DNA of 63,925 nucleotides, the filler included. It is 6 parts of 6 records of this genome, joined end to end, with 100 filler letters (N's around TTAATTAATTAA, not from the genome) between each part and the next. Parts side by side here need not be neighbours in the genome. Positions count along the whole stretch, not along the records: positions 28,644 to 45,980 come from DRR378314_698; 5 more parts are not named here. One strand, 5' to 3'. The notes under the pieces are model-generated. The model made no database searches. It was given only the letters and a program-made list of their open reading frames with translations, and was not told where the DNA came from. Positions 32,067 to 42,430 of the stretch are shown piece after piece (position 1 is the first letter of the stretch; each line of letters begins with the position of its first letter). A program made the translations under genes and the position numbers.

Positions 32067-32653
32067 CAAACAAGGATCCCTCTCCGGACCGCTACCACCA
32101 CGGCGACCTGCGCCGGGCCCTGGTGGACGAGGCCCTGGTGCTGCTGGCGGAAAGCGGCGACGGCGGCTTCAGCCTGCGCGAGCTGGCCCGCCGGGTGGGC
32201 GTCACCGCCAACGCCAGCTACCGCCATTTCGCCAACAAGGACGCGCTGCTGCAGGCGCTGGCGTCGGAGGGGTTCCGGCGCCTCAGCGCCGCCCAGCGCG
32301 AGGCCGAAGCGCGGGCGGAGGGCGACGAAAAACTGCTGGCCGGGGGGCGCAGCTATATTCGCTTCGCCCACGCCAACCCGGCGCTGTTCCGCTTGATGTT
32401 CAGCGTGATTCCGCCGCACCGCCGCGAAGACGAGCTGCGCGAGGCCTCGCGGGCGGCGTTCGAGACCCTGCGCCAGGCGGTGTCGCGTGGCTGGCCCGGC
32501 GGCGAGCCGGACCCGGACAGCGTGACCCGGGCGGCGCTGCGCGCCTGGGCGCTGGTGCACGGGTTGGGGCAGTTGCTGCTGGACGGTCAGCTGGACTGGC
32601 TGGAGGAGGATCCGCTGGGGCTGGCGGAGGCGGTGCTGGCGGACACCGTCTAG
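32048..32653 (+). CDS. TetR/AcrR regulator with WHG-type C-terminal domain (start may be GTG at 32057)
   Basis: YHHGDLRRAL, FSLRELARRVGV...YRHFANKDALL, WALVHG. Confidence 0.93.
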   Translation: MCTVSTSNKDPSPDRYHHGDLRRALVDEALVLLAESGDGGFSLRELARRVGVTANASYRHFANKDALLQALASEGFRRLSAAQREAEARAEGDEKLLAGGRSYIRFAHANPALFRLMFSVIPPHRREDELREASRAAFETLRQAVSRGWPGGEPDPDSVTRAALRAWALVHGLGQLLLDGQLDWLEEDPLGLAEAVLADTV

Positions 32654-32696
32654 CGCTATACTGCCGGCCCGCGCCAGGCCCACGTCAGGAGAGCCC

Positions 32697-32903
32697 ATGA
32701 GCGACGACCGCTTTCTCGATATCGAAACCAAACTGGCCTACCAGGAAGACCTGGTGGCCAGCCTTAATCAGATCGTCAGTGACCAGCAGCGCAAGCTCGA
32801 CGAGCTGGAAGCCGCCTACCGCAAACTGGTGGACCGGGTGGTGGAGCAGAGCGAGGAGCTCGCCGCCCTGCGCATCGAGGACGCCCCGCCGCCGCACTAT
32901 TAA
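32697..32903 (+). CDS. slyX: SlyX family protein
   Basis: IETKLAYQEDLV..LN; C-terminal PPPHY. Confidence 0.93.
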   Translation: MSDDRFLDIETKLAYQEDLVASLNQIVSDQQRKLDELEAAYRKLVDRVVEQSEELAALRIEDAPPPHY

Positions 32904-32918
32904 AACGCCGGCGGACGG

Positions 32919-34250
32919 TCAGCCGCTGGCCAGGGCGGTGGGCTTGCTGACCAGCCGGCTGGCGGGGAAATGGCAGGTGAAGTTGCTGCCGCTGCCGAGC
33001 TCGCTTTTGATCTCCAGCTTGCCGTTATGGCGGATCATCACATGCTTGACGATGGCCAGCCCCAGGCCGGTGCCGCCGGTCTGGGTGACGCGGCTGTTGT
33101 CCGGCCGGTAAAAACGCTCGGTGAGGCGGGGGATGTGCGCCGGGTCGATGCCGATGCCGTTGTCGCGCACCGAAAGGTGGGCGCCGTCGGCGTCCTGCCA
33201 CCAGTGAATGCGGATCACGCCGTGGGCGGGGGTGTATTTCACCGCGTTGACGATCAGGTTGCCGAAGGCGCTTTCCAGTTCCGCCGGGTTGGCGATCAGG
33301 CGGGCGCTTTCCGGCACGTCCAGCTCGATGGTCTGCTGCTTCTCCGGCGCCAGCGCCAGGGCGCTTTCGCGCATGCGCTGCAGCATGCCGTGCACCGCCA
33401 CCGCCTGTTGCAGGTTGTCCGCCTCGGTGTTCTCAAGGCGCGACAGCAGCAACAGGTCCTGCACCAGCGCCTCCATGCGCTGGCTCTGGGCGTCCATTTG
33501 CGTCAGCGCCCGGCGCAGCCGGGTCTGCTCCTCGGGCACCGTGTCGAGCAGCGTTTCCAGGTAGCCCTTGAGCACCGTGAGCGGCGTTTTCAGCTCATGG
33601 CTGACGTTGGCCACGAAGTCCTTGCGCATCTGTTCCAGGTGGTGAATGCGGGTCACGTCCCGGGCCAGAATCAGCTGATCGCCGACGCCGAACTCGGTGA
33701 TGCGCAATTGCAGGATGCGGTTGTCGTCCACCGGCGAGGGTATCTCCAGCGGTTCGCGGAAATCGCCCTGGGTCAGGTAGTCGGTGAAACGCGGGTGGCG
33801 GATCAGGTTGGTGAGCGGCTGGCCCAGGTCCTTGTCGGCGCGGAAGCCGAGATGCCGGCCGGCGGCGTGGTTCCAGTATTCCAGGTAGCCGTGCTGGTCG
33901 ATCAGCACCACCACGTCCTCCAGGGCGTTCACCGACTGCTGGGCGCGCACGATGATGCTCTGCAGGTTGTCCTGGGCGCGCCGTTCCTTCTGGAAAAGGT
34001 GCTCCAGGCGGGTGTAGAACTCACCCCAGAGGCCGACGCTGTCCGGCGGTTCGGTGTGCTCCTCGCGCACCAGCCAGGCGTACAGGGCGAACAGCTGCCG
34101 GGTGCTCCAGATGATATACAGCGACAGGCCCGCCACCAGCGGCCAGATGCTGCGCAGGGCCAGACAAACCGCCACGGACACCGCCACCAGGATGACGATG
34201 CGGTTCACTTCCTTGCCGAGACTGGCTTTCATGCCCGCCGGATCTTTCAT
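32919..34250 (-). CDS. phoR: Phosphate regulon sensor kinase
   Basis: NLIRHPRF PAS, DFVANVSHELKTPLT, RLTERFYR, GGTGLGLAIVKH; follows phoB. Confidence 0.96.
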   Translation of the reverse strand: MKDPAGMKASLGKEVNRIVILVAVSVAVCLALRSIWPLVAGLSLYIIWSTRQLFALYAWLVREEHTEPPDSVGLWGEFYTRLEHLFQKERRAQDNLQSIIVRAQQSVNALEDVVVLIDQHGYLEYWNHAAGRHLGFRADKDLGQPLTNLIRHPRFTDYLTQGDFREPLEIPSPVDDNRILQLRITEFGVGDQLILARDVTRIHHLEQMRKDFVANVSHELKTPLTVLKGYLETLLDTVPEEQTRLRRALTQMDAQSQRMEALVQDLLLLSRLENTEADNLQQAVAVHGMLQRMRESALALAPEKQQTIELDVPESARLIANPAELESAFGNLIVNAVKYTPAHGVIRIHWWQDADGAHLSVRDNGIGIDPAHIPRLTERFYRPDNSRVTQTGGTGLGLAIVKHVMIRHNGKLEIKSELGSGSNFTCHFPASRLVSKPTALASG

Positions 34251-34295
34251 TCACCGCCCTTCCGGCTCCGTTGGTCCGCGTCGCGGACCCGATCA

Positions 34296-35000
34296 TTATG
34301 ACGCCTGACTGGACTTCACCGAGAACCGGTAACCGGTCCCGCGCACCGTCTGGATGAAACCATCGAACCCGTGCGGCGACAACGCCTTGCGCAGGCGCCG
34401 GATGTGCACGTCGATGGTACGGTCTTCCACGTAGACGTTGGCGCCCCACACCTGGTCCAGCAACTGGGTGCGCGAGTAGGCCCGCTCCTGGTGGCTCATA
34501 AAGAACTCCAGCAGGCGGTATTCCGTGGGGCCCATGTCCACCGGGTCGCCGTTGGCGCTGATCCGGTGGCTCACCGGGTCCAGGCACAGGCCTTCCACGT
34601 CGATGGCTTTCTCCGCCGCCACCACCGAGGTGCGGCGCAGCACCGCCTTGATGCGCGAGATCAGCTCGCGGGTGGAAAACGGCTTGGTGATGTAGTCGTC
34701 GGCGCCCACGTCCAGGCCCTGGATCTTGTTGTCCTCTTCGCTCTTCGCCGTAAGCATGATGATCGGCACTTCGGCGGTGGCGTCCTCGCGCTTGAGGCGC
34801 CGGGCCAGCTCGATACCGCTCACCGACGGCAACATCCAGTCCAGCAGCACCAGGTCCGGTCGCTCGTCGACAATGTACTCGTGGGCGCGCTGGGCGTTGT
34901 CCGCCTCCAGCACGTCGAAATCCGCCAGCTCCAGCGCCACCGCCACCATTTCGCGGATCGCGGGTTCGTCGTCAACAATCAGAATTCGATTACGGGACAT
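34296..35000 (-). CDS. phoB: Phosphate regulon response regulator
   Basis: LLDWMLP, GADDYITKPFS, GPTEYRLLEFF, VEDRTIDVHIRRLRKAL, QTVRGTGYRFS. Confidence 0.98.
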   Translation of the reverse strand: MSRNRILIVDDEPAIREMVAVALELADFDVLEADNAQRAHEYIVDERPDLVLLDWMLPSVSGIELARRLKREDATAEVPIIMLTAKSEEDNKIQGLDVGADDYITKPFSTRELISRIKAVLRRTSVVAAEKAIDVEGLCLDPVSHRISANGDPVDMGPTEYRLLEFFMSHQERAYSRTQLLDQVWGANVYVEDRTIDVHIRRLRKALSPHGFDGFIQTVRGTGYRFSVKSSQAS

Positions 35001-35041
35001 GGCTTATTCTCAGGGGTTGCCCATTTAAGTGCCCCTATTAC

Positions 35042-35070
35042 ATTGCCTTTTTATGACATGATGATGACAA
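35042..35070 (-). promoter_or_regulatory. Pho box upstream of phoB
   Basis: Minus strand TTGTCAT-catc-ATGTCAT-aaaa-aGGCAAT, 11-bp period. Confidence 0.85.
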
Positions 35071-35113
35071 CTTTGCACGCTTCTCGCGGCGGCGGCGACC
35101 CCGCCGCCCGCGA

Positions 35114-36004
35114 TCACGGGCCGGGCGCGGCCAGCAGGTATTGAAAATAAAGTCCCGCGAACACGCTGGCCCCGGCCCAGTGATTGCTTAGAAAAGCGTG
35201 GAAGCAGGGCCAGGGCTCGCGGTAGCGGATGCGCCACTGCTGATGGGCGAAGCCCGCCGCCATGCCGGCCAGGCCCAGATACCAGGGCCAGGTGAAGCCC
35301 AGCCGCTGGCCGAGCACCCACAGCGCCACCAGGGTCAGCACCTGCAGCGCGCCGACCATCACCTTGTCCAGATCACCGAACAGGATGGCGGTGCTTTTAA
35401 TGCCCACCTTGAGGTCGTCTTCCCGGTCGCACATGGCGTATTCGGTGTCGTAGGCCACCGTCCACAGCAGGTTGGTGGTGAACAGCAGCCAGGCGATTTC
35501 CGGCACGCTCTCGGTCTCGGCGGCGAACGCCATCGGAATCGCCCAGCTGAAGGCGGCGCCCAGGAACAGCTGCGGCAGATAGGTAAATCGCTTGGTGAAG
35601 GGGTACAGCACCGCCAGCCCCAGGCCGCCGAACGACAGCACCAGGGTGAAACGGTTGAGGCACAGCACCAGGCCCAGCGCGATCAGCCCCAGGGCGGCGA
35701 ACAGCATCAGCGCCTGGCGGGCGGACAGGGCGCCGGTGGCCAGCGGCCGGCCCCGGGTGCGCGTGACATGACCGTCGAAGTCGCGGTCGGCGAAATCGTT
35801 GATCACGCAGCCGGCGGCGCGCATCACGAACACCCCCAGCACGAAAATGACGATGTGTTTGAGGCTGGGCGTGCCGCCGCCGGCGATCCACAGCGCCCAC
35901 AGGGTGGGCCACATCAGCAGCATGCTGCCGATCGGCCGGTCCAGGCGCATCAGCTGGATCCAGGGCCAGAGAGCGGGGTAGCGGTGTTCCACGAAAGCCA
36001 GCAT
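35114..36004 (-). CDS. ubiA: 4-hydroxybenzoate octaprenyltransferase
   Basis: [41 protein letters not shown]. Confidence 0.97.
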   Translation of the reverse strand: MLAFVEHRYPALWPWIQLMRLDRPIGSMLLMWPTLWALWIAGGGTPSLKHIVIFVLGVFVMRAAGCVINDFADRDFDGHVTRTRGRPLATGALSARQALMLFAALGLIALGLVLCLNRFTLVLSFGGLGLAVLYPFTKRFTYLPQLFLGAAFSWAIPMAFAAETESVPEIAWLLFTTNLLWTVAYDTEYAMCDREDDLKVGIKSTAILFGDLDKVMVGALQVLTLVALWVLGQRLGFTWPWYLGLAGMAAGFAHQQWRIRYREPWPCFHAFLSNHWAGASVFAGLYFQYLLAAPGP

Positions 36005-36012
36005 AGGCGTCC

Positions 36013-36540
36013 TCAGCGATCCATGTCCTCGACCCGCCGCCATAGCGCGGGCAGGAAGTGCTCGGCCACCAGCAAGGGCCGGCCGCGCTTGATGAACCGG
36101 GATTGTCGCCCCCAGCAGGGCGTCTGGCCAGAGGGGGCGGCGCCGTGGCGCACCCAGACCCGGTCACGGCGCGCCATGGGCCGCCGGTACAGCTCGCTGC
36201 CCAGCGAGCGGCTGCCCATGTGCGCCAGGCCGCGGTTGGGTCCGCGCAGGCTGGCCAGCGGCAGCACGCTGCGCGCCTCCACCATCGGCTCCTCGTCCAC
36301 CAGCAGGGTGACTTCCCGCACCAGGGCGCGGCCACGGCCGATGCGGCCCAGCAGCTGCTGCTCGGCGAGGGTGGGGCGAATAATGCGGTCCTCACGGGGT
36401 ACCACCCGGAAGGCGCCGTACAGGCGCAGGCGGGCGGTCAGGGAGCCGGGGTCGGCCAGCCAGTCGCGCACCAGCGGCGGCAGGCTGAGCTGTTCCTGGG
36501 GACGCCAGCGGGCGTCGGCGCGCATTGCGGTATCGGGCAT
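36013..36540 (-). CDS. ubiC: Chorismate-pyruvate lyase
   Basis: [39 protein letters not shown]; upstream of ubiA. Confidence 0.93.
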   Translation of the reverse strand: MPDTAMRADARWRPQEQLSLPPLVRDWLADPGSLTARLRLYGAFRVVPREDRIIRPTLAEQQLLGRIGRGRALVREVTLLVDEEPMVEARSVLPLASLRGPNRGLAHMGSRSLGSELYRRPMARRDRVWVRHGAAPSGQTPCWGRQSRFIKRGRPLLVAEHFLPALWRRVEDMDR

Positions 36541-36746
36541 GGGGACTCGCTTTGCTCGCGCCCGGGGCGCGGGATCTCGAGCGCGCGACTATGGCCCATG
36601 AAGCGCGGATCGGCAAGACGTCGGCCGTCGGGCAACGCTACCATTATCCGCTGTCATTGATTTTTCACGCGCCCGTGGATACGTTAGCGGCCCCTGGAAG
36701 GGCCCGCGTACCGGGCCCGGCTTCCCCCGACCAGACGAGGTTCAGC

Positions 36747-36911
36747 ATGAAAAAATGGGAATGCGTGGTTTGCGGCTTTATTTACGACGAGGAAGAAGGC
36801 CTGCCTGAAGAGGGCATCGAACCCGGCACCAAGTGGGACGACATTCCCGATGACTGGGTGTGCCCGGACTGCGGCGTCGGCAAAGAAGACTTCGAGATGG
36901 TGGAAATCTGA
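36747..36911 (+). CDS. rubA: Rubredoxin, 54 aa
   Basis: [15 protein letters not shown]...[20 protein letters not shown]. Confidence 0.97.
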   Translation: MKKWECVVCGFIYDEEEGLPEEGIEPGTKWDDIPDDWVCPDCGVGKEDFEMVEI

Positions 36912-36925
36912 AACAGGACACTCCC

Positions 36926-38080
36926 ATGAATCCAATCGTGATCATCGGCTCCGGCCTGGCCGGCTTCAACACGGTCAAGGAATTCCGCAAGCTGGATAAA
37001 GAGACGCCGGTGGTGGTGCTCACCGCCGACGACGGGCGTAATTACTCCAAGCCCATGCTCTCCACCGGCTTCACCAAGGAAAAAACCGCCGATGAGCTGG
37101 CCATGGCGACCCCCGAGCAGGTCGCCGAGCAGTTCAACGTGACGGTGCGCACCGGCGTCCACGTGGCCGGCATCGACACCGACAAACAGCGCGTGCTGCT
37201 GCCCGATGATCACCTGGATTACAGCAGCCTGGTGCTGGCCCTGGGCGCCGACACCTGGACGCCGCCGTTGGAAGGCGACGCCGTCGGCGAGGTGTTCTCG
37301 GTCAACGATCTGATGGATTACGGCCGTTTCCGCCAGGCCCTGGAGGGCAAGCGTGAGGTCACCATTCTCGGCGGCGGCCTGATCGGCTGCGAATTCGCCA
37401 ACGACCTCTCCAACGGCGGCTTCCAGGTCAACCTGGTGGAGCCCATGGGCCGCTGCCTGCCCATGCTGCTGCCGGAGCCGGCTTCCGCCGCCGTCGGCCG
37501 CGGCCTGGAAGACCTGGGTGTGCGTTTCCACTTCGGCCCCCTGGCCAAGGCCGTGCACCACGGCAAGGACAACCCGGACAAGCTGGTCACCGAGCTCTCC
37601 GACGGCACCCACCTGGAATCCGACGTGGTGCTCGCCGCCATCGGCCTGCGGCCGCGCATCGGCATCGCCAAGGACGCCGGTTTGAAGACCAACCGGGGCA
37701 TCGTCACCGACCAGAGCCTGCGCACCAGCGCCGACAACGTCTACGCCCTGGGTGACTGCGCCGAAGTGCAGGGCCATGTGCTGCCCTATGTGCTGCCGCT
37801 GATGGCGTCCGCCCGGGCGCTGGCCAAGACCCTGGCCAGCGAGCCGACGCCGGTGAGCTACGGCGTGATGCCGGTGACCATCAAGACGCCGGCCTGCCCG
37901 GTGGTGGTGTGCCCGGTGCCCGAAGAGCTGGAAGGCGACTGGGACACCGAGGAAGAGGGCAACACCGTCAAGGCCCTGTTCCGCGACCGCGACGGCAACC
38001 TGCGCGGCTACGCCCTCACCGGTGACGCGGTGAAGGAAAAAATGAAGCTCAATAAAGAGCTTCCGGCGCTGATGCCATGA
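36926..38080 (+). CDS. rubB: Rubredoxin-NAD(+) reductase
   Basis: IIGSGLAG, YSKPMLS, GGGLIGCEFANDL, YALGDCAE; follows rubA. Confidence 0.93.
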   Translation: MNPIVIIGSGLAGFNTVKEFRKLDKETPVVVLTADDGRNYSKPMLSTGFTKEKTADELAMATPEQVAEQFNVTVRTGVHVAGIDTDKQRVLLPDDHLDYSSLVLALGADTWTPPLEGDAVGEVFSVNDLMDYGRFRQALEGKREVTILGGGLIGCEFANDLSNGGFQVNLVEPMGRCLPMLLPEPASAAVGRGLEDLGVRFHFGPLAKAVHHGKDNPDKLVTELSDGTHLESDVVLAAIGLRPRIGIAKDAGLKTNRGIVTDQSLRTSADNVYALGDCAEVQGHVLPYVLPLMASARALAKTLASEPTPVSYGVMPVTIKTPACPVVVCPVPEELEGDWDTEEEGNTVKALFRDRDGNLRGYALTGDAVKEKMKLNKELPALMP

Positions 38081-38448
38081 AGTTCCGTCTGATCCTGATG
38101 GTCCTGGGCTGGCGACTCGCCTGGCTGGCCGGCCGCGACGAGGGCTTCCGCAAGCAGCTCGCGCACCGCGACGTGGTGATGCAGTGGCGCACCTTCAACG
38201 GCGGCGTGGCGCGCTGGTATCACTTCCAGCCGGACCGGGTGACCAGCCGCCGGGGCCTGCACCCGACGCCGTCCGTGACCCTCAATTTCAAGGACGCGGA
38301 CTACGCGTTCCGCACCCTCAAGGCCTCCGGCAAGAACCAGATGGCGTTCATGGAAGGCATGCAGGCCGGCGACATCAAGGTGGAAGGCGACCCCGGCCAC
38401 CTGATGTGGTTCATGACCCTGATGAAGTTCATTCTGCCCAAGCGCTGA
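38077..38448 (+). CDS. SCP2 sterol/lipid-binding domain-like protein
   Basis: P.VTLNFKD...AFMEGMQAGDIKVEGD...LMWF, an SCP2-like C-terminus; ATGA overlap with rubB. Confidence 0.7.
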   Translation: MKFRLILMVLGWRLAWLAGRDEGFRKQLAHRDVVMQWRTFNGGVARWYHFQPDRVTSRRGLHPTPSVTLNFKDADYAFRTLKASGKNQMAFMEGMQAGDIKVEGDPGHLMWFMTLMKFILPKR

Positions 38449-39739
38449 TCCGGTACCACACCCACCCCATCAGCACGCCGCGGCTGGCCATGAACAGATT
38501 CATGGCCAGCCACAGGCCGTGATTGCCCCAGCCGCTGGTCAGCCACCAGACCGGAAAGAACAACGCCGTGGCCACCATCATGGTGTTGCGCATCTGCCGG
38601 GCCAGGGTGGCGCCCACGAACACGCCGTCCAGCCAGAAGCCGGCGCTGGCGGTGAGCGGCAGCAACAGCATCCAGGGCAGGTAGGTGGTGGCGGTGTCGC
38701 GCACCCCCGGCAGATCGGTGAGCAGGCGGATCAGGGGGCCGCCGCCGGCGACGAAGGCCAGCAGCGCCGCCGCGGCGATGATCAGCGTCCACTTGCCGGT
38801 GCCGGCCACCGCCGCGCCCAGGGCGCGCCGGTCACGGCGGCCGGTGGCGTCGCCCACCAGGGCCTCGGCGGCGTTGGCGAAACCGTCCAGGGTATTGCTG
38901 AGCAGCAGCAGGAAGGTGATCAGCACCGCGTTGGCGGCCAGCACCGTGTCGCCCAGCCGCGCGCCCTGGGCGGTGAAGAAGAAAAACACCGTCAGCAGCG
39001 CCAGGCTGCGGATAAAAATATCCCGGTTCACCGCCAGCAGTTGCAGCATCGGCGCCACCTGTTTGAGCGCGCCCACCGGCAGCGCCCGCCAGGCGGCGCC
39101 GAAGATCTCCCGGCGCAGCCAGAACAGCCCGCCGGCCAGGCCCAGGTATTCGGACACGGCGCTGGCCACCGCCACGCCGCGCACATCGAAATGCCACACC
39201 TGCACCAGCAGCACATCCAGCAGCACATTGCTGGAGTGCATCAGAACGGTCATTTTCAGCGGCACGCTGGTGCGGTGCAGGCCGATGGCGAAGCCGATCA
39301 GCGCGAAATTCCCCAACGCCGCCGGCGCGCCGAGAATACGGATGCCGATGTATTCCCGCGCCAGCCCCTGCACCTCGTCGCTGCCGCCCAGCAACCACAG
39401 CGCCGCGTCGCTGAGCAGCGGCCGCAGCAGGATCAGCGCGCTGCCCACCAGCGTCGACAACAGCAGCGCCCGCAGCAGCACCACCAGAGTCGCCTCACCG
39501 GCGCCGCGCGCCTGGGAGGTGAACCCGGTGGTGCCCATGCGCAGGAAGTTGAACGAGAAATACAGAAACATGAAGACGTTGCTGCCCAGCGCCACCGCCG
39601 CCAGATACACCGGCGAATCCAGATGGCCGACCACGGCGGTGTCCACCAGGCCGAGCAGCGGCGCGGTGATATTGGAGAGCAGCAACGGCCACGCCAGCAT
39701 CCAGATGCGGCGGTCCAGGGCGGGGTCCTTCGCGATCAT
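38429..39739 (-). CDS. MATE family efflux transporter (DinF-like)
   Basis: LAWPLLLSNIT.PLLGLVDTAVVGHL, FLRMGTTG, LDGFANAAEALVG. Confidence 0.93.
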   Translation of the reverse strand: MIAKDPALDRRIWMLAWPLLLSNITAPLLGLVDTAVVGHLDSPVYLAAVALGSNVFMFLYFSFNFLRMGTTGFTSQARGAGEATLVVLLRALLLSTLVGSALILLRPLLSDAALWLLGGSDEVQGLAREYIGIRILGAPAALGNFALIGFAIGLHRTSVPLKMTVLMHSSNVLLDVLLVQVWHFDVRGVAVASAVSEYLGLAGGLFWLRREIFGAAWRALPVGALKQVAPMLQLLAVNRDIFIRSLALLTVFFFFTAQGARLGDTVLAANAVLITFLLLLSNTLDGFANAAEALVGDATGRRDRRALGAAVAGTGKWTLIIAAAALLAFVAGGGPLIRLLTDLPGVRDTATTYLPWMLLLPLTASAGFWLDGVFVGATLARQMRNTMMVATALFFPVWWLTSGWGNHGLWLAMNLFMASRGVLMGWVWYRISAWAE

Positions 39740-39741
39740 GG

Positions 39742-40527
39742 CTAGGCGTCGGGTCGGCGCAGCAGGGTGAAGCCGAACAGCACGGCGGCGGCCACCACGA
39801 TCGACGGGCCCACCGGAGTGTCCGCGTACCAGCTCATCGCCAGCCCCAGGGACACGGCGGCCAGCCCCAGCAGGCTGGCCAGGGCGGCCATCTGTTCCGG
39901 GGTGCGCGACAGGCGGCGGGCGCCGGCGGCGGGGATCACCAGCAGCGAGGTGATCAGCAGCACGCCGACGGTGCGGATGGCGCCGGCGATCAGCAGCGCC
40001 AGCAGCAGCATCAGGATCAGCCGGGTGCGGGTCACCGGCACGCCCTCCACCTGGGCCAGGTCTTCGTTCACGGTGATGCTGAGCAGCGCCCGCCAGTGCC
40101 AGGCCAGCAGCACCAGAATCAGCACCGCGCCGGCCCACAGCGCCAGCACGTCGCCCCAGTTCACCGCCAGCAGATCGCCGAACAGGTAGGCGAACAGATC
40201 CACCTGCACGCTCTTCTGCAGGCTGATGGCGATCACGCCCAGCGCCAGGGTGGTGTGGGCGACGATGCCCAGCAGGGTGTCGCCGGTGATCTGGCGCTGC
40301 TGCTGCAGCCCCGCCAGGGCGCCGGCGATGGCCAGGCAGGCCACCACCACGGCGACGTACAGGTTCACGTCCAGAGCCAGGGCCAGGGCCGCGCCCAGCA
40401 GGGCGCCGTGGGCCAGGGTGTCGCCGAAGAACGCCATCCGCCGCCACACCACGAAGGACCCCATGGGGCCGGCCACCAGGGCCACCGCCAGGCCCGCCAG
40501 CAGCGCCGGCGCGAGCAGTTCAATCAT
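39742..40527 (-). CDS. znuB: Zinc ABC transporter permease
   Basis: [40 protein letters not shown]. Confidence 0.95.
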   Translation of the reverse strand: MIELLAPALLAGLAVALVAGPMGSFVVWRRMAFFGDTLAHGALLGAALALALDVNLYVAVVVACLAIAGALAGLQQQRQITGDTLLGIVAHTTLALGVIAISLQKSVQVDLFAYLFGDLLAVNWGDVLALWAGAVLILVLLAWHWRALLSITVNEDLAQVEGVPVTRTRLILMLLLALLIAGAIRTVGVLLITSLLVIPAAGARRLSRTPEQMAALASLLGLAAVSLGLAMSWYADTPVGPSIVVAAAVLFGFTLLRRPDA

Positions 40528-41314
40528 GGTGGTGGCCCCCCGTGTGCCCGTGGTGGTCGTGGTGCGGGTCGCCGCTCAGGTCATGGTCGTGGTCATGATC
40601 GTGGGTGTACACGGCCAGATTGGGCATGCCGCCGCTGGGGCCGAACAGGCGGTGGTAGGCCGGGTCGCGGCTGACCGCCTCCGGGGTGCCGGAGCAGCAC
40701 ACATGGTGGTGCAGGCACACCACCTGGTCGGTGCGCGCCATCACCAGGTGCAGGTCATGGGAAATCAGCAGAATGCCGCAGCCGGTCTCGTCGCGGACCT
40801 GGCCGAGCAGGCCGTAGAGGGCGTCCTGGCCGGCCACGTCCACGCCCTGGGCGGGCTCGTCGAGCACCAGCAGGTCGGGCTTGCGCAGCAGCGCCCGGGC
40901 CAGCAGCACCCGCTGCATTTCGCCGCCGGACAGCCCGCGCACCGCGCGCCGGCGCAGATGGGCCACGCCGGTGCGTTGCAGGGCGTCGCGGCGGGCGCGG
41001 GTGCGGCCCGGCGCCGCCAGCCAGAGAAAGCGGTCGACGGTCAGTGGCAGGCTTTCATCCACCTGCAGGTGCTGAGGCATATAGCCCACGCGCAGGCCCG
41101 GGCGGCGCTCCACGCGGCCGCGATCGGGCCGCGCCAGGCCCAGCACCAGCCGCGCCAGGGTGCTCTTGCCGGCGCCGTTGGGGCCGATCAGCGTGGTGAT
41201 GCGGCCCGGCTCCAGGGTCAGGGAGACGTCGTCGAGCACGCTGTGCGCCCCATACGCCAGGCCGGCGCCGTGCACCGCCACCAAGGTTCCCGTGTCAGCC
41301 CGCTGCTGCGACAT
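40520..41314 (-). CDS. znuC: Zinc ABC transporter ATPase
   Basis: [32 protein letters not shown], His-rich tail. Confidence 0.95.
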   Translation of the reverse strand: MSQQRADTGTLVAVHGAGLAYGAHSVLDDVSLTLEPGRITTLIGPNGAGKSTLARLVLGLARPDRGRVERRPGLRVGYMPQHLQVDESLPLTVDRFLWLAAPGRTRARRDALQRTGVAHLRRRAVRGLSGGEMQRVLLARALLRKPDLLVLDEPAQGVDVAGQDALYGLLGQVRDETGCGILLISHDLHLVMARTDQVVCLHHHVCCSGTPEAVSRDPAYHRLFGPSGGMPNLAVYTHDHDHDHDLSGDPHHDHHGHTGGHHHD

Positions 41315-41334
41315 GTAACAGCCCCCGTTGAACA

Positions 41335-41357
41335 AAGCGGTGATGATATACTATTTC
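41335..41357. promoter_or_regulatory. Putative Zur box between divergent znuC and znuA
   Basis: Minus strand GAAATAGTATATCATCACCGCTT resembles GAAATGTTATA-N-TATAACATTTC. Confidence 0.5.
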
Positions 41358-41463
41358 CCCGGTCAATCGCTTGGGCCCGGCGGCGCCGTTCCGGCTTGAC
41401 GGCTCGGGCACACTGATTGCACTGACGCTCCCGATGAGCACTTTCACGGTTCCGGACATACCC

Positions 41464-42330
41464 ATGCGATACCTGCTCGTTCCTCTTTTGTTGGCGCTGT
41501 GCGCGCCGTTACCGGCGCGTACCCTGGTGGCCAGCGTCGAGCCCCTGGCCATGGTGCTGCGCGACCTGTACGGCGACAGCGCCGAGGTGGTCACCCTGCT
41601 GGAGGCCAACCAGAACCCGCACAACCCGATGTTGTCGCCGCGCCAGATGCTCACCCTCCGCCGCGCCGACCTGCTGGTGTGGCTGGGCGAGGCGGCGGAG
41701 CCGGCGGTGGCCAGCCTGGCGGCGAAACGTGACGGCGACAGCCTGGCGTTGCTGTCGCTGCCCGGCGTCACCCGCCGCGAGGGCGGCCACCGTCATGACG
41801 GCGAGCACGACCACGGCCACCACCACGAAGCCGGCGAGCTGGACCCGCATCTGTGGCTGGACCCGCGCAATATGGCGCTGCTCGCCAAGGCCCTGGGCGA
41901 CCGGGATCAATTGCCCGAGGGGCAGCCGGCGGCGTTCCTGGCCGACCTGGAACGGACCGAAACGGCGCTGCGCGAGCGTCTGGCGCCGGTGGCCGATACC
42001 CCCTGGCTGACCTTCCACCACCCCTGGGGCTACTTCCAGCAGCGGCTGGAGCTGCGCGCGCCGGTGATCGTCAGCGAGCAGCTCGGCGCCGGCCCCAGCA
42101 GCCGTCGCTTCGTGGCGCTGGCGCAGCAGTTGGAAAGCGAACAGGTGCGCTGCGCGATCCTCGAGCCGGAGGCCCAGGCCGACCTGGTGGCGCGCCTGTG
42201 CCCGGACTGCCGGCGGGTGGCCCTGGACCCGCTCGGCCGCGACGTCCCCGCCCGTGGCCAGGGCAATGATTACAGCCACTGGCTGAGTGAACGGGTGGCG
42301 GCGACGTTCGCCACCTGTCTGGCGCGATGA
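41464..42330 (+). CDS. znuA: Zinc ABC transporter substrate-binding protein
   Basis: Signal peptide, NPH, His-rich loop, DPHLWLDP, FHHPWGYF; divergent from znuCB. Confidence 0.9.
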   Translation: MRYLLVPLLLALCAPLPARTLVASVEPLAMVLRDLYGDSAEVVTLLEANQNPHNPMLSPRQMLTLRRADLLVWLGEAAEPAVASLAAKRDGDSLALLSLPGVTRREGGHRHDGEHDHGHHHEAGELDPHLWLDPRNMALLAKALGDRDQLPEGQPAAFLADLERTETALRERLAPVADTPWLTFHHPWGYFQQRLELRAPVIVSEQLGAGPSSRRFVALAQQLESEQVRCAILEPEAQADLVARLCPDCRRVALDPLGRDVPARGQGNDYSHWLSERVAATFATCLAR

Positions 42331-42430
42331 CGCGGGACTGGCCCGGGCGCCGCTTTTTGGCCCGACCGGGTCCATTGAGCCGGCGCGTGAAACCGGTATG
42401 CTGATGCGTTTGTCGGGTCAAGGAGAAGGC

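Noticed and set aside
40520..41830. His-rich low-complexity tracts in znuC and znuA
   Set aside because: Normal zinc-binding features of ZnuC tails and ZnuA loops
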